64,000 nucleotides of DNA, taken from NCBI GenBank assembly GCA_963798085.1, contig CAWCRS010000003.1:928001-992000 (forward strand). Direction: 5' to 3'. Made by a program: the position numbers and the translations under genes. Source of the stretch: an uncultured Gemmatimonadales bacterium (GTDB lineage Bacteria > Gemmatimonadota > Gemmatimonadetes > Longimicrobiales > RSA9). The notes under the pieces are model-generated. The model worked only from the letters and a program-made list of their open reading frames with translations, was not told the origin of the DNA and made no database searches. Shown here one piece after another: positions 56,382 to 64,000 of this stretch (its first letter is position 1; every line of letters starts with the position of its first letter).

Positions 56382-58904
56382 ATGTCATTCGACCCGATCG
56401 GCCGGACGGCCGCGGATCTGCGCCATGCCGTCCGCCAGCTGCGCGCGAGCCCCGGCTTTGCATGGGCGGCCATCCTGACCCTGGCGCTCGGGGCCGGCGC
56501 GAATGCGGTGGGGTTCAGCGTCCTGCGGGGCGCGCTGCTGCGACGCCTGCCGTTCGCCGATCCCGACCGCCTCGCAATGGTGCAGGTGGTTCGCGTCAAT
56601 CAGGATGGGTCGCGCGAGCGTTACCCGTGGTGGTCATGGCCGCAGTACCGCTGGCTGCGCGAGCGGGCCGGTGATTCACCGCTGCCGGAGACAGCCGTCT
56701 ACGACCCGGAAGGCGTGAACCTCACGGATGGCGGCGAGCCGATCCGCGTGCGCAGCGAGGTGGTGTCGGGCGGGTACTTCGAGCTGCTGGGCGTCCGTCC
56801 CGCAGTGGGCCGCACGTTCGCGCCGGCCGAGGACTCGGTACCGGGCCGGAATCCAGTGGTCATCCTCGGCCATGATCTCTGGCGCCGACGCTTTGCCGGC
56901 GACCCGTCGATTCTGGGCCGAAGCGTGCGGGCCAACGGCGTGGCGCTCGACGTGGTCGGCGTGATGCCGGCCGGATTCGGCGGCGTGAGCGGGGAGGCGG
57001 AACTGTGGATCCCGGCAATGATGGCGCCGCTGGTGGCCTGGGACCGAATGCTTACCTCGACGGATCCGGCGTTGACGCTGGTGGCGAGGCTGCCGGCCGG
57101 CCGGTCCGCTGCCACGGTGCAGGCGGCCATGCAACCGCTCGGTGACCCGCTGCGGCGTGCACTGCCTGACGTGGAGTCGGCGGATGGGGCGGCCGCGCTC
57201 GAATTCGGCGTGCGTCCGCTCGCCGAAGTCGGCATCGATCCGGCCCGTCGCCGATCTGCGATTCTGCTGTTCGCGGCCGTGTGGCTGGTGCTCGGCGTGG
57301 CCTGCGTCAACCTTGCGGCGCTGCAGCTGGGCCGGTCGCAGACGCGGGCGCGCGAATTCGCGGTGCGGGAAGCGCTGGGCTGCCGCCGCGCCCGCCTGCT
57401 GCGGCAACTGCTGACCGAAAGTCTCGTGCTGGCAGCCGCGGGCGGCGCCGTGAGCCTGCTGCTGGCGCTGGGCGCGGGCCGGCTGTTGCGCGCCATCGCG
57501 CCGGTACGCATGCCCGGGCCGGCCAACTTCTACGCACGCGTCTCCGAATTCGCAGCCGTGCGCATTGACGGCGTGGTGCTGCTGTTCGCGCTGGCCATGG
57601 CTTGGCTAACCGCTGTGTTAGTGGGTGTGCTGCCCGTCCTGGGACGGCGCGAGCTGGGGGGTGCGCTGCGCACCGGAGTGCGCGCCTCGTCGCCCGGGTG
57701 GTCGCTCCGGCGACCGGGTGCGCTGGCCATGCTCACGGCTATCGAGATCGCGCTGGCTGTGGCGCTGGCCACCGGCGCGGGACTGCTGATCCGCAGCTTC
57801 GATCAGGCGAAGGCCCTGAAGCCGGGGTTCGACGGCAGCCATGTCATCACGTTCCGCATCGAGCCGGCGGACCCGACGTTCTCGACGAGCCGGGCGCCCT
57901 CGCTGATCACACCCGTGCTGGACGCGGTGCGCCGGGTGCCCGGCGTGGTTTCCGCGACCGTCTCGATGTGCACCCCGTTCATGGCAACCTGCGGGCGACA
58001 CGCGATGTACCCTGCGGAACCGGCCCCGCCCGTGCACTCCGAGGCCGAAGCGGAGACCGGGATCCACTACGTCGCCTCCGATCACTTCAGCACGCTGCGC
58101 ATTCCCCTGCGCGAGGGACGCGCGTTCTCGCCCGCGGATCGGGCGGGTGCTCCGCGCGTCGCAATTGTGAACGAGGCCGCCGCGCGGCGGTTCTGGCCCG
58201 GACTCGATCCGGTGGGCCAGCGGCTGGTGCTGGATGACCCGAAGCTGCTGGCGTTCCCTGACTCGATGCTGCAAGTGGTCGGTGTGGTTGGTGACGTCAC
58301 CTACTGGCCGGTCGAGGCCTCGCCCGGCCCGGACCTCTACCTGCCGTACCTGCAATTCACCTATGCGTCGACGTACGTCATGGCGCGCACCAGCGGCAGC
58401 CCGCTGGCGCTCGTGCCGGCGTTGCGCGCGGCGGTGCGGTCGGCCAGTCCCGACCTGCCTGTCGAGGACGTGCGCACCATGGATGAGCGCGCGGCGCTCA
58501 CGCTTTCCGGGCGACGCTTCGTGGCCTGGGTTCTGGGTGCCTTCGCAGCGCTCTCGCTGGGGCTGGCTGCCGTGGGGGTCTATGGCGTGGCCTCCTGGTC
58601 GGTGACCTGCCGAACGCGTGAGATGGGCGTGCGGATGGCACTCGGCGCCGCGCCGGGCAGGGTCTTCCGGCTGGTCCTGGCGCAGGGAATGGCGATCGCA
58701 ACGGTCGGACTGGTAGCTGGCGGCGCGCTGGCCGCTGCGCTGAGTGCACTGCTGCGCTCGCAGCTCTACGGCACGTCGGCGACAGATCCGCTGATGCTGG
58801 GAGCCGGCATGGGCGTAGTGGCGATCGCTGCGGTACTGGCGGTTGCGATTCCTGCGGGTCGTGCTACGAGGGTGGAGCCTGTGGAAGCGTTGCGGAGCGA
58901 ATGA
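56382..58904 (+). CDS. ADOP-family ABC permease
   Basis: DLRHAVRQLRASPGF, LTLALGAGAN, ACVNLAAL and RTREMGVRMALGA. Confidence 0.92.
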   Translation: MSFDPIGRTAADLRHAVRQLRASPGFAWAAILTLALGAGANAVGFSVLRGALLRRLPFADPDRLAMVQVVRVNQDGSRERYPWWSWPQYRWLRERAGDSPLPETAVYDPEGVNLTDGGEPIRVRSEVVSGGYFELLGVRPAVGRTFAPAEDSVPGRNPVVILGHDLWRRRFAGDPSILGRSVRANGVALDVVGVMPAGFGGVSGEAELWIPAMMAPLVAWDRMLTSTDPALTLVARLPAGRSAATVQAAMQPLGDPLRRALPDVESADGAAALEFGVRPLAEVGIDPARRRSAILLFAAVWLVLGVACVNLAALQLGRSQTRAREFAVREALGCRRARLLRQLLTESLVLAAAGGAVSLLLALGAGRLLRAIAPVRMPGPANFYARVSEFAAVRIDGVVLLFALAMAWLTAVLVGVLPVLGRRELGGALRTGVRASSPGWSLRRPGALAMLTAIEIALAVALATGAGLLIRSFDQAKALKPGFDGSHVITFRIEPADPTFSTSRAPSLITPVLDAVRRVPGVVSATVSMCTPFMATCGRHAMYPAEPAPPVHSEAEAETGIHYVASDHFSTLRIPLREGRAFSPADRAGAPRVAIVNEAAARRFWPGLDPVGQRLVLDDPKLLAFPDSMLQVVGVVGDVTYWPVEASPGPDLYLPYLQFTYASTYVMARTSGSPLALVPALRAAVRSASPDLPVEDVRTMDERAALTLSGRRFVAWVLGAFAALSLGLAAVGVYGVASWSVTCRTREMGVRMALGAAPGRVFRLVLAQGMAIATVGLVAGGALAAALSALLRSQLYGTSATDPLMLGAGMGVVAIAAVLAVAIPAGRATRVEPVEALRSE

Positions 58905-58911
58905 CTGCGGG

Positions 58912-58959
58912 GCCGAACCGAGTCGCCTGATCCGCCCGGATCCTGGCGACCGGCTCGGC
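58912..58959. terminator. Long imperfect hairpin between convergent genes
   Basis: GCCGAACCGAGTCGCCTGATCC...GGATCCTGGCGACCGGCTCGGC; no U-tract. Confidence 0.5.
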
Positions 58960-58961
58960 GA

Positions 58962-59081
58962 TCAGGCTGCCGTGTCGCTGGCTCGCAGGCTGGTGAGAAC
59001 CGTCCGCACCAGCAGCGCTGCCGAAGTGAGCATCCCCGTACCGATCACGGCAAAGAGAGCGATTGCGTTCCAGTCATGCAT
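58962..59081 (-). CDS. Small hydrophobic peptide, 39 aa (not in ORF track)
   Basis: GGGAGG RBS; MHDWNAIALFAVIGTGMLTSAALLVRTVLTSLRASDTAA. Confidence 0.6.
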   Translation of the reverse strand: MHDWNAIALFAVIGTGMLTSAALLVRTVLTSLRASDTAA

Positions 59082-59442
59082 GTTAAACCTCCCGTTCCGA
59101 ACGTCAGTCCCCAATCATGAGGCGCAGGCACCTTCGCTTACCGGACATCCACGTCATTCCTACAATGCTTTGCACCTGCCAGGTTTCAGACGCCCGAGCC
59201 CCGGAAAAGGTTGGCCCGTTCGCCTTCGAAAGCCTGAGTATCGGCCGGCTGGATGGCTGCGGGTTGTAGGGGAAACCTGCCAGCTCGTAGGGGAATTGTC
59301 AGGGTGGGCTGACGCAGTTGCTCTACGGCATCCGGGAAGGGGACTGAGGTGGGTCAGCGTCGACCCGCCACTTCCCCATTCCCATGAATACTTCCGCTCC
59401 TTCTCCTTCGACTCGCCCTCTCCTTCGGGAGGGCCGCTCTTG

Positions 59443-61110
59443 TCAGAAGAGCTTGAACGCCTGCGAAACGAAATTCGGGTGGTACGTGAGGAAGAAGGGG
59501 GCGTATGCGATCGCGATGAGGGCCAGGGCGACGAGCATCCAGATGCCGAGGCGATCGAGCGTGGGCTCCCAGCCGACGGTCGCAGGCGGCGTCAGCGTGC
59601 CGGACACGGGGATGTCGGTTGGCCCGCCGCGCTTTCCGGCCACGATGGTCATGCCCACCGTGATAAAGAAGAGCATGACGCCCAGGAACATGATGGAGCC
59701 GCCCACGCCTGTGATGATGCCGGGCAGTCGCCATTCGGGCTTGTAGTAGGTAGCCGCCGCCATGAAGGTGCGGCGAGGCATGCCTTCGAGGCCGCCGGAG
59801 ATCATGCCGCGGGCGAAGATCAGCACGCCGATCGTGTAGATCCAGGCGGAGGCCAGCGCCAGCTTCCGCGACCAGAGCTGACGGTCCGTCAGGTACGGGA
59901 TCAGCCAGTACGCGATGCCCATGAGCGTGAGCGCCACGGCCGTACCGACCGTCATGTGGAAGTGGCCGGGCACCCACGTCGTGTTGTGGATCACCTGGTT
60001 CATCGTGTAGCTCGCGTTGACCAGCCCGGTGGCGCCGCCCAGCACGAACGTCAGCATGGCCAGCACCTGGGCCGCGACAGACGGGTCGTGCCATGGCAGA
60101 TGCCGGAACCAGCCGAATACACCGGTGCCGCCTCGCCGCCGGCCGCCGATCTCGAGCGCCGCGATCACGCTGAATGCCGTCGCCAGGCTGGGAAAGAAAA
60201 CGCCGAATGTCAGGAAGCCCTGCGCCGCCTTCATGCCCGTGCTGATGCCGGGGTCCGTGTACTGGTGATGGAAACCGGTCGGGATGGAGAGCACGAGGAA
60301 AAGAATGAAGACGATGCGCGTGTACGAGTCGCTGATCATGATGCCACCCACCTGACGTGGCACGAGCGCGTACCACGAGACGTAGGCGGGCAGCAGCCAG
60401 GCGTACACGATGGCGTGGCCGGTGAACCAGAACAGTGTGCGGGTCAGCAGCGGGTCCACGAGCTGTGTGAGGCCCAGCGACCAGGGCAGCAGGAACACCA
60501 GGAACTCGACGGCAATGGGCAGCGAGGCCATCGCCCACATGAGGTACGATGCCAGCGAGATGAAGGCGAGGAGGGGGGTGCGCTCGCCCGGATGCTCGCG
60601 GCGCCAGCCGCGCACGGCTAACAGCATGTTCAGCAGCGCCAGCCAGGTACTGACCACCACCAGCGCCAGCCCGAGGTAGTACGTCCAGTGCGCCTGCAGC
60701 GGCGCATAGGAAGTGAAAAGCACGGATGCCTTGTTGCTGACCACTGCGTAGATGACAAGGACGTTGCCGGCCACGAGCGACAGGAAGACGGCCCAGAGCA
60801 GTCCCGTCGACAACCGCCGGCTGAGCGCTCGTGCAGTCATCAGCGGCAGGAATGCATTGGAGAACGAGAACGTGAAGATCAGCACGTTGGCCACGCCGTG
60901 CGCGGTGAGGCCCTCGTAGTAGGTGTGCAGTCCGGGGAACCAGCCCAGGATGTTGATGCGCGCGTAGCCGAGAGCATTGGCCAGACCGTGGAACACGCCG
61001 GCAGTGAGGGCCGCGTAGCCGATATAGATGGTCCAGCGCAGCAGGCGCCGCTGTTCATCAGGCAGCCTGTAGCCCGCGGGATCGGCGACGATCGGAGTCA
61101 GGGCGGCCAT
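59443..61110 (-). CDS. cbaA: ba3-type (B-family) heme-copper oxidase subunit I
   Basis: LTAHG, WFTGHAIVY, GFHHQYTDP and PGHFH. Confidence 0.92.
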   Translation of the reverse strand: MAALTPIVADPAGYRLPDEQRRLLRWTIYIGYAALTAGVFHGLANALGYARINILGWFPGLHTYYEGLTAHGVANVLIFTFSFSNAFLPLMTARALSRRLSTGLLWAVFLSLVAGNVLVIYAVVSNKASVLFTSYAPLQAHWTYYLGLALVVVSTWLALLNMLLAVRGWRREHPGERTPLLAFISLASYLMWAMASLPIAVEFLVFLLPWSLGLTQLVDPLLTRTLFWFTGHAIVYAWLLPAYVSWYALVPRQVGGIMISDSYTRIVFILFLVLSIPTGFHHQYTDPGISTGMKAAQGFLTFGVFFPSLATAFSVIAALEIGGRRRGGTGVFGWFRHLPWHDPSVAAQVLAMLTFVLGGATGLVNASYTMNQVIHNTTWVPGHFHMTVGTAVALTLMGIAYWLIPYLTDRQLWSRKLALASAWIYTIGVLIFARGMISGGLEGMPRRTFMAAATYYKPEWRLPGIITGVGGSIMFLGVMLFFITVGMTIVAGKRGGPTDIPVSGTLTPPATVGWEPTLDRLGIWMLVALALIAIAYAPFFLTYHPNFVSQAFKLF

Positions 61111-61118
61111 GTTCTCCC

Positions 61119-61625
61119 TCAGTTGCCCGGTGTGCGCGGGGCGGCCGCTGTCGCGGTGCCTTCCACAATGACCTTGCCCGACATCGTGTGATGCCCCAGT
61201 CCGCAGTACTCGTGGCAGATGATCAGATGCTCGCCCGGCTCACGGAATCGATAGGTGTTCTGCGAGATCTGTCCGGGGATCAGCATCATGTTGAGCCGCG
61301 TGCCTTCGACATTGAAGCCGTGCAGCACGTCCACCGAGCTGACAGTGAACGTGATGTCGGCGCCGGCGGGGACGTGGATCTCTGAGGGCTGGAACTGCCA
61401 GGCGCGCGCGATCACCACCACCTCGTACTGGCCGGGAGCGCGCTGGTGCACGCCCGGCTGATCGAAGGGCGGCGTCTGCGCCAGCGTGCGCGGATCCACC
61501 TGACCCACCGCATCCGGGAGATGGATGTGCATGGCGAAGGAGGCGTAAGCGAGCGCCGCCATGCAGCCCACCAGCACGACCAGGCCGGCGGCGAGGAAGC
61601 CCTTTTCGTACGTGTGGATCTTCAT
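61119..61625 (-). CDS. cbaB: ba3-type oxidase subunit II (CuA)
   Basis: DVLHGF and CHEYCGLGHHTM CuA motif. Confidence 0.92.
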   Translation of the reverse strand: MKIHTYEKGFLAAGLVVLVGCMAALAYASFAMHIHLPDAVGQVDPRTLAQTPPFDQPGVHQRAPGQYEVVVIARAWQFQPSEIHVPAGADITFTVSSVDVLHGFNVEGTRLNMMLIPGQISQNTYRFREPGEHLIICHEYCGLGHHTMSGKVIVEGTATAAAPRTPGN

Positions 61626-61810
61626 CGGTTGAGCAGCTTGAGGTACATGATCACCCACACCGCCCCGATCACCATCAGGATGATGATCACGAAGAAGAGC
61701 GTGCCGGTGGCGACGGGCTCCTCTCCGGGTGCGAGGCCTCTGGCGAAATAGTCATCGGCGCTGGCCGGCGAATCGGCCTGCGATTCGCTGGCACTCTGCG
61801 GCGGGTTCAC
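61622..61810 (-). CDS. Probable oxidase subunit IIa (single TM)
   Basis: GTLFFVIIILMVIGAVWVIMY; stop overlaps subunit II start; AGGAGG RBS. Confidence 0.7.
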   Translation of the reverse strand: MNPPQSASESQADSPASADDYFARGLAPGEEPVATGTLFFVIIILMVIGAVWVIMYLKLLNR

Positions 61811-61820
61811 GTGTCCTCCT

Positions 61821-62081
61821 TCACTTGCTGGCCGGGTGCGGCCCGGCCTGACTCGCAAAGCGGCTCACGACCCGGAGCAGCAGTATGAACAGCACGGCTA
61901 CGGGAATGGCCAAGAGCAGGCGGCGGGGCTCGACGTGTCCAGCCAGCAGGTGGTTCAGCGTTTCCCACAGGTAGGCCACGATGGGTGTGCCGACCACGAA
62001 GAGCGCGAGTATCGAGAGCATGACCGAGGCCATGCTCGGCGAACCCTTCGCCGCAACGGAGGATCTCTCGTCCACGTCGAT
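61821..62081 (-). CDS. Small two-TM membrane protein in oxidase operon
   Basis: LSILALFVVGTPIVAYLWETLN...LLLAIPVAVLFILLL. Start uncertain. Confidence 0.6.
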   Translation of the reverse strand: MDVDERSSVAAKGSPSMASVMLSILALFVVGTPIVAYLWETLNHLLAGHVEPRRLLLAIPVAVLFILLLRVVSRFASQAGPHPASK

Positions 62082-62182
62082 TTCCCGGCGATCTGTCGTG
62101 CGTGGCGCGCGCAACCGGCAAGAACTGCGGTGCAATGATAGCGTTGCCGCGGCGTCCCGCTGTCAGGCTTTGCCCTACTGAA

Positions 62183-62971
62183 CTACGGGGATGCCCTGTG
62201 CCCCAACTGCTGACGAGCCGGCACCTGCATCAGCAGGCCGTCGTAGGCGGCGGTCGCGCGCAGCTCAGCGGCGACGTGGTCCGCGTGCTTCAGCACTTCT
62301 TCTCCCATGTGCGTAAGCACGAGCCGCTCGCACTCGAGCGCCGGTCGATGAAGCAGCAGTGTCGCGTAGTCCAGATGAATGCCGACTGGACCGTCGTAGC
62401 CGGACACTTCGCAAATGAAGATGTCGGCGCCGCGCGCGACATCGATGAGCGCTTCGTTCCATTCGGTATCCCCCGAATACGCAATGGTGCAGCCTGCGAA
62501 CTCGATACGCAGTGCGTGCGGCAGCGATGCGGGCGCGTGCGTGACCGGGTAGCCGGTGACGAGCGCCGGTCCCACCTGTACCGGTACGCGGTCGATATAG
62601 TCGACGTACTCGACCGGGAACGGGAAGGTCGCACCCGCACCTGGAAAGAGGACGCTCGTGGCGCTGGCGACGCGCGCGTTCAGTCCCGGTGGGCCACCCA
62701 GCGCCAGCGGCGTGGTGCGGCCGGAGAACCGGCCTTCGGTGAGCAGGAAAGGAACGCCCGCGAAGTGATCGCCGTGGTAGTGGCTGATAATGATGGCATT
62801 GAGCGTGGCCGCGTCGATACCGTGGCGCTTCAGGCCGATCGATGCCGATGCACCGCAATCGATGAGGAAGGACGCGTCTCCGGACCGTACGTGGAAGCAG
62901 GTCTGCAGGCGGCCACCGCTGCCGAACGCATTGCCGGTTCCGAGGAAGCGGATCTCCACGCCCTCACTCAT
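62183..62971 (-). CDS. MBL-fold metallohydrolase (RNase Z-like)
   Basis: FLGTG, LIDCG, SHYHGDH, YSGDT and LTH. Confidence 0.9.
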   Translation of the reverse strand: MSEGVEIRFLGTGNAFGSGGRLQTCFHVRSGDASFLIDCGASASIGLKRHGIDAATLNAIIISHYHGDHFAGVPFLLTEGRFSGRTTPLALGGPPGLNARVASATSVLFPGAGATFPFPVEYVDYIDRVPVQVGPALVTGYPVTHAPASLPHALRIEFAGCTIAYSGDTEWNEALIDVARGADIFICEVSGYDGPVGIHLDYATLLLHRPALECERLVLTHMGEEVLKHADHVAAELRATAAYDGLLMQVPARQQLGHRASP

Positions 62972-64000
62972 GCATCATCGCCTGCGTGCATCAGTCCGCG
63001 TGCGCCTTCTGCAGCTGCGCGGCCACGGCATTCGACCTCGCGCCACACGCGCAGCAGATTGCCGCCCCAGAGCTTCGCGATCTGCTCTTCCGTGTATCCT
63101 CGCCGCACCAGCTCGAGCGTCACGTTGAAGCTCTCCGCGGCATTGTCCCAGCCGATCACGCCGCCACCGCCGTCGAAGTCGGAGCTGATGCCGACGTGGT
63201 CGATGCCGATGAGCTTGACCGCATGGTCGATGTGGTCGACGAAGTCCTTCACCGTGGCCAGCGGATACTGCTTCTCGATCTCTGCCATGCGCCGGTCGTA
63301 CTGGGCGCGCTTGTCGGGCGGGAGCTGCGCGAGCGGATCCTGGCCTCGCCCGGCCCGCCCGCCTCGTCCGGCACCGGCGCCGCCCCTGCCGCGGGCCGCA
63401 TCGGCGCCGCGTCCGCCGCCCGCCGCATTCTGCGGAGGTGCGGCATCCGGCCGCGCCTCGCCCACCGCCGCCGCCCGCACCACCACCCAGGCCGAACTCA
63501 TCGCGCAACCGCTGAATGGCCTGCTGGCGTTCAGGTGGCTGCACCTTCACGTAACTCTGGAACGCGACGGTCTGCATTACGCCGCCGTTCTGCTTCAGTG
63601 CGAGCAGAGTCTCGTCATCCATGTTGCGGGGCACGTCGGCCAGCGCGCGCGTGGACGAGTGCGACGCGATCACGGGCGCCTTCGAGACGCGCATGGCGTG
63701 CAGCGCCGCGGCCTTCGAGATGTGCGAGACGTCCACCATCATGCCCAGCCGGTTCATCTCGGCAACGACGTTCTCGCCGAACGGGGAGAGGCCGTTCCAT
63801 TCGGGACCGCAGGGATCCGTCGACGAGTCCGCGATGTCGTTGTTGGACGTGTGCGCGAGGGTGAGATAGCGACCCCCGAGGTCGTAGTAGGTTTTGAGGA
63901 GTGAGACGTCGTCTCCGATGATGTAGCCGTTTTCCTGACCGATGACCGTGGCCAGCCGGCCGCTGTCGGTGATGCGCTTCACGTCCGCAGGGTGATACGC
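62968..64000 (-). CDS. Membrane dipeptidase (peptidase M19), partial, frameshifted near 63490
   Basis: GQENGY, YLTLAH, EMNRLGMMVDVSH, IASHSS, PRN and HVGISSDFDG. Confidence 0.9.

Overview
GC-rich bacterial DNA. Five ADOP-type permeases, two with PadR partners, suggest Gemmatimonadota or Acidobacteriota (inference). Many single-base frameshifts look like long-read consensus error, densest at 1.4-18 kb. Left half (tRNA-Asn at 1107 to ~29.8 kb) is an accessory/defence island: a VapBC pair; a type I RM operon hsdM-hsdS-mrr-hsdR whose HsdR carries an inserted LexA/UmuD-like S24 autopeptidase domain; a ZorA/ZorB-like (MotA/MotB-like) pair followed by a ~1500-aa SF1 helicase with a C-terminal Vsr/DUF559-like nuclease instead of ZorC/D/E; a patchwork of gene fragments; a Fic protein; a tRNA-Pro 3' att remnant; and a Phd-VapC pair. 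A TIR-domain gene runs off the left edge. Right half is mostly ordinary: peptidases, RCC1-repeat protein, di-heme protein plus DsbA, DsbA-NhaA fusion, radical SAM/SPASM, propeller histidine kinase-RR-diguanylate cyclase and a ba3-type oxidase operon. It also holds a MITE-like element and two unannotated, similar small membrane peptides flanking one ADOP permease. Best candidates for new biology are the ZorAB + helicase-nuclease operon and the putatively self-cleaving HsdR. All family calls come from motif recognition; no searches were run.
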